A DNA stretch of 48,450 nucleotides, taken from NCBI GenBank assembly GCA_001724245.1, contig MEDX01000679.1:1-48450 (forward strand), read 5' to 3'. Below the pieces are notes generated by a model that was not told where the DNA came from, searched no databases, and saw only the letters and a program-made list of their open reading frames with translations. The DNA is from Fonticula-like sp. SCN 57-25 (lineage: Eukaryota). The position numbers were made by a program, and so were the translations under genes. Positions 8,596 through 20,518 of this stretch are shown here, one piece after another (the stretch's first letter is position 1; each line of letters begins with the position of its first letter).

Positions 8596-10851
8596 ATGGG
8601 CGACGGCGGGAGCGCGGCACCTCGGCAGGGCGGCCACGGCGGCGGCCGAGGAGGCCAGGGATCTGGCGGACATAACAGAGGGCGCGGTCGCGGCGGCGGT
8701 GGTGGCGGTGGCGGAAAGCCCGCCGGCCAGGGCGGCCGCAACGCCCAGAAGCAACCCAATAATAGCAAGCCTGCGCAGCACGACTCGCGGCCAAAGCAGC
8801 AGCGCGATCCCAACAAGCCGACAAGAGAGGAACAGGCGCTGGTGGCCAAGGCCAAGCAGACCAAGGTACAGGGCGACGCGCTGGACAAGACCGGCGTATC
8901 GGCGGCACTGTCGCGGGACATTGAGTTTGCGCTGTACGTCTCGTCGGCATCGGTATCGCATCTCGAGGAGGCATCCGGGACGCGTCCACCGCCGCTTCCC
9001 GCTTCTTTTTATGTCGATCTTTTGAAATTGATTGATGGCGACCTGAAACACCTTATCAAGGCGCCGTACCGTTCCTTTTGGAGCTACGTTCTACACAACG
9101 CGTCGTTTGCATCGTGCATCGAGTCGTACCTGCAGCAGGCCCCTCGGTTTTACGACGCGCCCGCTGCCTCGGACGCCGGCAGCGAGCACGCGCAGCTCGA
9201 ATCGGCTGTCCGGCGGTCCGTTCTCGTCGTGATTGCGCGCATGTCCACGCTGGAAGAGTCGCCATCGTGCTACTGGACGCGCCCCGGCTACGAATCGGCG
9301 ATGCGCAAGACGGCCCTCTTTACCGTGCCCAACATCATCGACATGTGCGCTGTCTACTTCAAGGTCGCCAAGCACATATTGCCAAAGCTGCTAGAAAAGC
9401 TCTTTAGCAACTTGACGTACTTGCGCGCCGAGGCGACGCGGGAGGCGCGCAAGGTCATCGACTCGCTGACCGAGCTCGAGCCGTCCGTCCAGCAGGCCGC
9501 CGCGGGGGGCGAGGCCGCGTTCCCGTCACTTCTCGACCGGCACCACTACGTGCACGATGCGATCGAGTCGCTGCGCGCTTTTTACGCAATGTCGCCGGCC
9601 GACATTACCCACGCGGCTGTCGACGCTGGCCTTCTTCCGTACGTTCACACATATCCTTTGCAATTAAGGCTCACAATGGATCCAAAGGGTTCTTGTCAAC
9701 TGCTACCAGCGCACACTGCCGCTGTTTGTGGCGCGCAATCTGGACTCGCTCTGGTCGGAACGCGGCCGCGAGCGCCACCGCCGGCTGCAGCGGACAGCCA
9801 TCCGGTTGATATCCGACCTCGTCCAGGTGGCCGTGCTGGACCGCCTCTACGACGCGCAGAACGACATTGTGGCCTCGGCCTTCGACAATCTGATTCGCTT
9901 CATGGACCTCACGGCGGCGTTTGAGCACAGCGACGCCGACACGATCCCGTCGCAGCCGCTGCTGCTCGCCGTCAACAAGCGGCTCGACCTGCTCCGCATC
10001 CTGCACCGCCTGCGAAACGCCACCCTCCATAGCGAATATCCGCTCATACTGTTGCATTTTCATGTGTCGTTTATGTATTTGTCAAGATGTGGTTTTGTTC
10101 ACGTTTTTGCTATTTTAGTTGTGTGTATTTTCTGTGTTCACTTTTTCCATTTTTGCATTCTCTTTTGTTGATTTCCTTGACCGATCTTACAGCGTTTGAC
10201 GCCGACGCCATGCTCCGCTTCCACCTCGTCTCCCTCGACGCGCTCGTGAACCCCGTGTCGAGCGCATCCAAGCCCGCGTCATCGTACGACGGCCTCGCCG
10301 CGGCGAGCGACCCTCTTCCGGCGCCCGCGGCGTCGTCCGCCGCCATCGTGGACCCGATGCGCATGTCGCTCGTCTCGGCCGTCAAGGACATCCTGCCGGA
10401 CCTCGGCGACGCGTTCGTCGACGCGTGCCTCAAGCACTATGGCGACAACGTAGAGTCTGTCATCAACGCCCTGCTCGAGGACAATCTGCCGCCGCGGCTG
10501 GCCTCGCTCGACCGCGCCACGGGGAGGGTGCCCTTGCCCGCGGTCTACCAAGGCAAGGGCAAGCAGCCGGCCGCCGCTTCGCCAGCGCCAGCGCCGGCAC
10601 CGACGCCGGCGGCCGCGCCCGACGGGCTGCCCACGATGGCCACCGTGGTGCAGGTCACCAAGCGCGCCAAGGGAAGGCAGCCGCAGGTGCACGTCGACCT
10701 CGGCATCGACGAGAGCGAGCGGCGCGCGCTGCAAAAGTTTATGCGCGGGCGCACGTTCGACCTCGACGACGACGAGTACGACGACTCGTTTGACGAGGTG
10801 GACGTGGTACCGCTGGAGCGTGACGGGGCCGTGTTCCAGGCGCGAAACTAA
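8596..10851 (+). CDS. ASCC2: Activating signal cointegrator 1 complex subunit 2 (CUE-domain protein); introns 9639-9687 and 10036-10190
   Basis: FWSYVLHNASFASCIESYLQQAPRFYD, ARMST and LFTVPNIIDMCAVY motifs; CUE domain VKDILPDLGDAFVDACLKHYGDNVESVINALLEDNLP; DDEYDDSFD. Confidence 0.85.
10036..10190 (+). other. Predicted U12-type (minor spliceosome) AT-AC intron
   Basis: Starts ATATCCG, has branch site TTCCTTGAC at 10173-10181, and ends ..TTAC. Removal gives GA|A GCG TTT GAC and restores the ASCC2 frame. Confidence 0.75.
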
Positions 10852-10961
10852 TGTGGGCAAAATGGGTCATGTACGTATCACTGTAAATTGCATTGGGGAT
10901 GCGCGGGGCAATACGCCACCGGGGCATGCTAATAGAAAGTATTCATACGCAAATATGTACA

Positions 10962-11013
10962 CGAAAGAACAGTCGAAGGATCAGTCGAAAGAACAGTCGA
11001 AAGAATAGTCGAA
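10962..11013 (+). repeat. 12-bp tandem repeat (cgaaagaacagt) x4 in a convergent intergenic region
   Basis: Four near-identical units seen directly. Confidence 0.8.
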
Positions 11014-11120
11014 AAACAACAAACAATAGCAACAACGATATACTCTGGAAACATATCGCGGCTTGCCACGAGGTGGCCTAAAAATTTACAAATAACAATA
11101 ACAACAAAGGACGAGCGCGG

Positions 11121-11819
11121 CTACCACGCAATGCTGGTCTCTGGCTTGTATGAAAAGTACGGCACCGGCTCGGCGGCGTTGGGGGCAACACCGCCGATGC
11201 GCCTCTGCAGCTGCGAGAGCATGGTCTCCTTCTCGGCCGTGACGTGACGCATGAGCGACTCGGGCAGGTCCAGGGGCGCCTGCGTCGCCGCGGGCTGCTG
11301 GGCCGCCGCCGGGGCTGCGCCGGCAATGTAAATGTCATCGGCCATGAGCTTGCGGCGACGGACGAGACCTCCCCCCACGGAGGCGGCCGGGGCAGACGCC
11401 GACGGCACCATGCGCGACGAAGAAAGCTGGCGTGACAGCAGCGACGGGCGAAGCTCCAGGGTCGGTTTCCGCTTCTGGAAGACATCGCTCGTGCCGGCGA
11501 GCTGCGACGACGGGGCCGGCGTGGCGGGCACGTCCTGGCCGCTCGGAGCTGGTCCTTCGGCAGTCATCGGCGGCGTCGGCGAAAAGCCAAGAGTGCGGCC
11601 GGGGGTGGTGGCGGTGGCGGTGCGCGAGCGCGGGTGCATCGACGTAAAGGAAATCGTCTCGCTCTCCTCAAGCGCGGTGACGGCCTCGGCATCAGCCGCG
11701 GTGGAAGCGTTGCGGAGGCCGCTGGCCGTGTAGGCGAATCCGTTCGCGGCGGCATTGGTCATCTTGAGCGACGACGGGGAGACCGACTCGGAGATGAAGA
11801 AGAGCGTCTTGCCTGCCAT
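11121..11819 (-). CDS. Hypothetical low-complexity protein, possibly related to the fungal DUF3295 family
   Basis: Single-exon ORF from MAGKTLFFISES. The motifs FQKRKPTLELRPSLLS, LPESLMRHV..EK and a terminal ..W resemble DUF3295 motifs as recalled. The family assignment is weak. Confidence 0.5.
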   Translation of the reverse strand: MAGKTLFFISESVSPSSLKMTNAAANGFAYTASGLRNASTAADAEAVTALEESETISFTSMHPRSRTATATTPGRTLGFSPTPPMTAEGPAPSGQDVPATPAPSSQLAGTSDVFQKRKPTLELRPSLLSRQLSSSRMVPSASAPAASVGGGLVRRRKLMADDIYIAGAAPAAAQQPAATQAPLDLPESLMRHVTAEKETMLSQLQRRIGGVAPNAAEPVPYFSYKPETSIAW

Positions 11820-12413
11820 CAGAGGTCTAAAGGCTTCCAAAGCAGCAGCAATGGGTAGGCAGAGGCAGCAGAGCAAAACAAAAAAAATGTGCGCCGCGCG
11901 CAGATTACGTCCTCCGATCAGATCGACAGACAACCGGGAGACGGTCGACTGTGGGCAGATCAAGGGGACGAGGAGAGCCGCCTGTGTCCGTCGGCTACCC
12001 TTGAGACAGAAAGCAAGATAGAGAGGGTTTTCGAGCGAGCCTGGAGGGAAAAGAAAGGATAAAGTTGTAGGTCGCCCTGATTATGAGGCGCTTTACCGCG
12101 GGCAAGCACTCGGTCACTAAGGAACCCACGCAGGCGAACGCTCCTCGAAACGTTAACTGCGTTCCCTGGAACGGCCTCCTGATTGGCTGAGGCCGTGGAT
12201 GGCGAGCTTCTTTCGCATTATTGGCGGATGATTTGCGCAACTTGGACGCCATTGGCTGGCCGACCACCCCTATAAAGCTTCGCCTAGGGTTCCCCACATT
12301 CTGGGGACAACAAAGGGTCCAGATGGATCGCGATTCACACGGATCGGGATCGAAAGTGACGTCGTTTGTGTTTGGCCGCGAGTCTGCCCTTGACCCTTGT
12401 TTGACACAGAAGC

Positions 12414-14173
12414 ATGCGGGGGTTGACAGTGCTGGCGCTGGTGGCGGTGGCGGTGGCCGCCGCCGCGGCGTCTGCTGTCAAGAACGACAATGCAGACCCG
12501 AGAATGATGCGTTGGACAAACGCCGAGATTGACGCCAAGCGCGCGGAGAATTTCGAGAGGGTGATGAGCGGGCTGGTGCACCAAGAACGGGTTTCGGTTG
12601 GCGTGCCAACGATTCGGTCGCGCGCTGAAGTGTCCGGCGAGGTGACGCTCCGCCTGTCCGCGTACGGCAGCGAGTTCAAGATTGACCTGCACCGCAACGA
12701 CTACCTGTTGTCGGCGGGCTGGGAGATTGACGGCGAAAAGTATGCCGTCTCGCCCGAGGAGAACTGCTTTTATATCGGCACGGCCACGGAGGTATCGTCG
12801 AGCGACGACGCGGCCCGCAGCGGCATTGCGGCGTTCAGCTTTTGCCACGAGCGTGTTGAGGGTACTTGGACGGCGGGCGGTGATACCTACGAGTTAATCT
12901 CGCACGAGCAAAACATGCGCAAGCGTGACCCCTCTTTGCCGACTCACATTGTGTACCGCATGTCGGACCTCGATGAGGAGATCGCGCGCGCGTGCGTCCC
13001 TCACGCGGCGTCCGCGCTTGCCAAGTCGTACGCGGCGCGCTCGTCGGACGACCTCGCCGATCTTTCCGGTCTGTCCGCAAAGGGCGTCGAGGCGCGCAAC
13101 ACCGATCGGTACATCCTGATGCACCTGTACGGCGACGCTGCCTTTACGCTCCGCTGGGGCACGTCTGTCGGCCTTCAGCGCCTCTACATGATTGCCAACG
13201 GCGCCGCGGCCATCTACGAGAACGGCAACACCGGCACGACTGTGTTCAACCCAAAGCTTCACTTTGCCAGCGTCAAGGTCGCGATGTGGACGCTCAACCC
13301 GTTCACCGCCTCCAAGGACGCCGACGTCTACATCGACAACCTTGCCTGGTGGTTCTCCACGCAGCCCGACGTCACCCAGGTCGCCGTGCACATCATCACG
13401 GGCCTCGACCTGCACGTGGACGGCGAGTACGCCGTCACCGGCTACGCGCCCATCGCCTCGACCTGCACGCTCGGCGTACGACCCGCTCTCTTTTTTTTGT
13501 GCAATACTGACGTGTTTTCGCAGTACATTGGCCTCGCCGAGGACTCGCCGTATTCGCTCGCCTTCACGTCAGCGACGCTGGCGCACGAGGTCGGCCACAA
13601 CCTGAACGCCATCCACGACAGCGCGCCCGGCGCGGCCAACTGCGCTGCCAGCGGCTTTGTCATGGCAGCTATCTCGTACCAGAGGGAGACGCTCGAGCAG
13701 TGGTCGTCGTGCAGCATCTCTAGGATGAACGCCTACATGACGTCGACCAACGTGCGATCCGCGGTACCTTACGCGCGCCGATGCTAACACAGACACTGTA
13801 GGCCTTTTGCATGATGGAGCCGGCTGGCGGGTTCACGCCGCCGACCGTCATGAGCGGCAACTGCCTCGGCCGCCCCACGCTCCCGCCGGGCGTCACCGAG
13901 AACGCGTACTGCGAGATGGACGGCTTGATTCTTCTCGTACGCCCGATAAGCCACTTTTTTTGTTGCTTATACTTTTTTTCTCAGTGCCCGCTCGGCCGCT
14001 GGGGCGTCTGCCCGCCGGACTTTATGTGCACCGTGCTGACCAACACCACCGCGGCGTGCCAGAATGCCGCCGGCGACATCGCCGAGCCGACCCTTGTCGG
14101 CGCCGCGTCAAGGGTCGCGGGTGTCGCGCTTGCTATGATTGCCGCGCTCGTCTCTGTTGCACTGCATAGTTAG
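12414..14173 (+). CDS. Secreted/anchored metzincin metalloprotease, reprolysin (M12B, ADAM-like) with prodomain; 3 introns
   Basis: Signal peptide; propeptide with ENCFYIG..AAFSFC and HIVYR; zinc motif HEVGHNLNAIHD; Met-turn FVMA; WSSCS; Cys-rich tail; hydrophobic C-terminus. Confidence 0.85.
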
Positions 14174-14370
14174 TATGTTTGTATCGATCTGTTTTCAGTT
14201 TTCAGTTACCGCGGTGTGCCATTATTCCGCCGCCGCAGATCCACGTTTCCATCCTGCGTATGTTATATAAAATAAGCATGTCCTGTATTACGCAAACCCC
14301 TTTTCAAACAAAAAAACAACACAAAACTGTACAGATCGATCAAAAACGGCCGGGGATTATATGCCGGGCG

Positions 14371-15997
14371 CTACTGGTGTCCGTCGTCGGCGACAGCTGC
14401 GTAGCTCTGCGTAACGACGCCGAGGTGCAGGATGCGGTCGCCCGACGAGCAGACCGGGTTGACGCTCTTTCCGACGACGATGCCGCTCGAGGGCGCCTCA
14501 TACTCGTCGACGACGTCGCCAAAGATGTTGTGGATGCGTGCAACGATCTCGCCCTCCTTGACCCAGCTGTTGATCTCGGGCACGACGGTGAGGATGCCGC
14601 CAGCGCGGGTAAACATCCAGAACGAGCGCGTGCACACGACGGGCTCAAAGTCGGCCTGGGCAAACTCGCGCGGGACCATGTTGAGCGAGCACATGATGTT
14701 TTCGACGCCGAGGAGCGCAAAGTTGATGAAGCGCTTGTGGAAGCGCTGCGGGTCGCCGACCTCGACCGTGATGGCGTGGATGCCGCGGTCGAGCGCTGCG
14801 CTGCGCAGCGACCCGTCGGGCCCGGTGTTGTGCACAATGATCTGCGGGTTCTGCAGGATGGCCATGCGCGCCGTGATCGGGTTGATCATGTTGGCGCGTA
14901 CGTAGAGCGAGTTGATGCGCCCGACCGAGGCGGTGTGCAGGTCAATGAGGTAGTTAAAGTGGCGGATGATGCGGTTGATGAGCTGGAAGGCAAACTGCTG
15001 AGAGCCAGAGCCCGACGCCTTGCCGGGCATCAGACGGTTCAGGTCAGCGCCGTCCTGGTAGCCGCGCTGCTGACGCAGAAAACCGGGCGGGTTCGCCACG
15101 GGCACAGCGACAACAATGCCGGCCAGCTCGCTCACGTCCACCTCGCGGAAAAGGCGGTGGATCAGCGGGATGCCGTTAAGCTCGTTGCCGTGAACCGCAG
15201 CGGTGATGCCGAGCACGGGGCCCTTGCGCACGCCCTTGGCAATCAAAACGGGCACGCGGATCGCCTGCGAAAGACCGTCCTGCGCAATAAAGATCCACTG
15301 GCGCGTTACAGTGCCGGGCGCAATATTGTCCAGCAGCAAGGCGTCAAGTGTCGGGAGCTCGGGCATCAGCGACATGCGCGCAGTTTCAGACACAAGATTG
15401 GACGTGGACGACGCCTCGCGGTCAAGCTCTTGAACGGGCGCAAAATTGACAAGCTCCTTGCGCGTCCACACAAGGATCTCGCGCGGCATCTGCGAGTTGC
15501 ACACAAAGCTCGCCTCCTTGATCTGAGGCAGGATCTCGCTGACAAACCCAAGCCACGGGGCGCGCTTGTCGCACTTTTTGATAATCTTCATAAAGCCGTG
15601 CTCATTCAGAGCGCCATAGTCCAGGAGACGCTCCATCTCGTCGCTCAGCGCGGACAGAGCAAGATTGACCTCGGGGCTCCCTTCATTGTCGTGGCTGCGG
15701 ATCTGGCAAGATCAACACGTCGGGTGAGCGGCTGCGTTATCGCATCCAAAAGCGTACCATCTTGATGATCTCTTCCCTGCGCTTGCGCGCGTCATCGAGC
15801 TTGCCTGAGAAAAAGGCGTCCACCTGCTTGAGCTCGCTGAGGATGGCGTTGCGCAGCTTGTCGGCGGCCTCTGGCACAGGCTTGTTGCCGCACTCTTCGA
15901 GCAGCGTGGCGAGCTGCCGCTTGAGGCCGCGGTAGTCCAGGTACCCATCCTGGTACACAAGCTGGACGCGCAGGCCGAGCTGCTTGCCAAATTTCAT
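14371..15997 (-). CDS. SPX domain fused to succinylglutamate desuccinylase/aspartoacylase (M14-like) domain, ~523 aa; intron 15703-15757
   Basis: SPX: MKFGKQL, YLDYRGLK, ELKQVDAFF, LNEHGFMKIIKKCDK. Enzyme: AAVHGNELNG, DLNRLMPG, IDLHTAS, TVEVG, plus a C-terminal barrel-sandwich-hybrid-like segment. Confidence 0.88.
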
Positions 15998-16290
15998 CGG
16001 CGGTTCGCGGGGGGGCCGAGGGGTCGCGGACTGGGCGCGATCGGGCAAATCGTTTAATTCGGTGGTTGGCGAAAGAGACATGCGTGGGCGCAGACGTCAA
16101 GAGATCACGGCAGATCAGGCCTACCACTCAATACCCGACGAGGGACGACGTGGACTAGAGCCACAGGCAACCTCGCACAAGTTTGAGAATGGCAGCCGCG
16201 CAAGGAAGCAGCGTCACACCACACTAAGAAAACCGGGTTTCGCTGACAATGCAAACGCGCCAAGTTGCGCACCAGTTGCGCCACCAAACG

Positions 16291-18019
16291 ATGACCGAAC
16301 CGCCGCCGAGCTGCCCGGTGTGCGCGCTGGCGTTCGCGGCGGGCACGCCAGAGCATGAGCTCAGCGGCCACGTCAACCGCTGCCTGGACGGCGGCCCTGC
16401 GGACGATGAAGCACCGCCTTTGGTTCGAAGCTCGTCTGCGCCCGCCGTCCAGAGCAGTCTACTCTCGTTCATGACACGGCGAAGTGGGAGCACGCCAGCA
16501 TCGACGCCGACCGCTACGACGCCCAAGCCAGGGTCAGTCGAGGAGAAGGAGGAAGAAGAGGGAATAGAAGACGACGATAATGGCAGGGGCGATGTGGACG
16601 TGCGATCCCCAGCACGTCGCTGCCCGTTCTACAAGTGGATCCCCGGGACGACCATCACCGTAGACGCCTTCAACTATGGCCGCCTGGCGGGGTGCACCGC
16701 GTACTTTTTGTCGCACTTTCACTCTGACCACTACGGCGGCCTATCAAGCACCTTTTCGCACGGCAAGATATACTGTTCCTCCATCACGGCCTCGCTCGTC
16801 GCGTCCCAACTACGTGTCTCGTACGTCCTCGGTGCATCGCACTCATGCATCTGACCCTTTTTGCAGGCCAACGCACATCTGTCCTTTGGAACTGGATCGC
16901 CCACACGTGGTTGACGGCGACGTCCGTGTCACATTAATTGAGGCCAACCAGTACGCTATTTTACTTTGCTACTGCCAATGCTCACCGCCGCCGCCAGCTG
17001 CCCCGGCGCCGTCCTGTTCCTGTTCGAGCTGCCCGACGGCGCGTCGTACCTGCACACGGGCGACTTTCGCGCGTCGCCGCGGATGCTACAGCACGCGGCG
17101 CTCAAGCGTTTTGCCACGTGGTCAGCTTCTGCTCCCCCAGACGATGCGGCGCCCCTGCCGTCGCCCGCCAAGCGCTCGCCGATGGACGTGTTCCGCGCTT
17201 GGGCCCCGCAGGCCGCCGTCGCTGTCGCCGACCAGCCGGCGTCGCTGCGTGAGCTTGTACAGAAGACGGCGTCGCCGCTGCTACGCGTTGCAACGGACCC
17301 GTCCTTTAGCGAGCGCGACCGCCAAATGCTTCTCGGTACGCATTGATATTTTTCGTGCTTTGCTGAGTTGGTATTCAGATATGCCGCGCGGCGGCGCTGC
17401 GCGTCTCACTGGTCTCTTTCTTGACACGACGTACTGCCGGCCCTCGTACGTGTTCCCACCACAGGAGCGCGTTATTGCGCACGTACTCGAGACGGTGCGC
17501 GCGTGCCTGGCCGACAACAAGCGAACGCTGTTCCTCGTGGGCAGCTACCAGATCGGCAAGGAGCGCGTGTTCCTCGCCATCGCCGAGATGCTAAAGTGCC
17601 GCATTTACGCCGACGCGCGCAAGCGGGCAATGCTCGCCAAGATTGGCGATGCGCACCTCGCGTCGCTGCTGACGGACGACTCGACGTCGAGTAACCTACA
17701 CGTGCTCCACATGGGCGCGATGAACGCCGCGCGGCTGTCAGAGTACCTCAAGATGTACGCGAGCCAGTGGACGTCGCTTGTCGCCTTCCGCCCGACGGGC
17801 TGGACGCACCGCGGCGGGGCAGACGTCGAGCTCACAAGGCCCGCCGTCCACGGATGCGTAAAGATATTCGGGCTGCCGTACTCGGAGCACAGCTCGTTTC
17901 TCGAGCTCGAGTGCTTTGTGCGGTCTTTGAGGCCGACCCGCGTCATCCCGACTGTCAACGTAGGGGCGCCGGCCGAGCGCGCGGCCATGCAGGCGCACTT
18001 TGACGCGTGGCTTGGTTAG
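16291..18019 (+). CDS. DCLRE1A: DNA cross-link repair nuclease SNM1A/PSO2 (UBZ + metallo-beta-lactamase + beta-CASP); 3 introns
   Basis: [76 protein letters not shown]. Confidence 0.92.
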
Positions 18020-18159
18020 GCATGAATTGTTCTGTATAGAGTTGTATTTGTACCATTTTGTACTGCACCGTTTGTGTACATATTCAAGACTTTTTTGTTG
18101 TATAAAACGAATAGATGGACACTGTATATTTGCGCCATGTGCGGTATAACAAAATGCGT

Positions 18160-19456
<1,297 letters not shown>

Positions 19457-19707
19457 CCTGTCTTCTTTCTTCCTGGGTGGTCGAGACCGGGTCGAGGGAA
19501 AATGACAAACCGGCACGGCCGCTACACGTGATACGGCGCGTCACATCATTCGGCCGGCCGGGTTGTAGTGGTCCCGACACCCCTCATCTCACAGCGGGGG
19601 TGGGCTAAATCGGCTCCTCATTGACCTATTTCGCCGTGGCGCTGAGCTGCTCACATTCCAGAGGCTTCCCTTCTCTTTCCCCTGTGTCAAGGTAATCCCG
19701 TAAAAGC

Positions 19708-20335
19708 ATGAAGCGCAACGATCTCCCCGCGTACGGCCTCGACGCCGACCTGAAGAAGAAGGTGCGCTTGCTTGGTAAATATGCTACTATTTTACTGACC
19801 AGCGGTGATCTCTCAGATGGCGGACAAGTATGATCCCAAGCTCGAGGAGGAGGCGCGCAGCTGGATGGGCAGTGTTTTGCAGGAGGCCTTCCCCGAGGGC
19901 GACCTTCACGACATCCTCAAGAGCGGCGTCGTTCTTTGCCGCGTCGCCAACGCCATCAAGCCCGGCTCCGTGGCCAAGGTCAACGAGTCGAGCATGGCGT
20001 TCAAGCAGATGGAGAACATCAACAAGTTCCTCGAGTTCTGCTACGCGCTCGAGGTTCCCAAGAGCGATCTCTTCCAGACGATCGATCTCTTTGAGAACCA
20101 GAACATGATGCAGGTCATCACGGGCGTCCACGCGCTCGCTCGCCACGCTGCCGCCAAGGGCCTCTGCTCGGGCGTCGGCCCCAAGCTCGCTGACGCCAAC
20201 CCGCGCCAGTTCACCGAGGAGCAGCTCAACGCCGGCGCCAGCATCCCCTCCCTCCAGATGGGCACCAACCAGGGCGCCAACCAGAGCGGCATGTCGTACG
20301 GTCGCCGCCGCGACATTGAGTCTCACGTCGTGTAA
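19708..20335 (+). CDS. Calponin/transgelin/myophilin family (CH domain + one CLIK repeat); one intron
   Basis: PAYGLDADLKKK|MADKYDPKLEEEARSW, LKSGVVLC, FKQMENI, LFQTIDLFE, PSLQMGTNQGANQSGM. Confidence 0.92.
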
Positions 20336-20518
20336 CCGAAAAGCACCTTTATCCATTAAATAGTTTGAATGTTTAGCCCCATATGTGTGCAGCCGATTTT
20401 CCACTGTTTTGCTCAAATATATACGCGCGTCGATGTGCGCTTCCGCACCAAATAAACGAAACATACAATAAACGCCAATATTGCCCAATATATTAAAATG
20501 TGCTTATATCAATGCTTC

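Noticed and set aside
10962-11013. Short direct repeats as a CRISPR-like array
   Set aside because: 12-bp head-to-tail units with no unique spacers, in a eukaryotic 3' intergenic region.
14179-15765. 528-aa plus-strand ORF
   Set aside because: Antisense shadow of the SPX-desuccinylase gene caused by GC-rich codon bias; no motifs.
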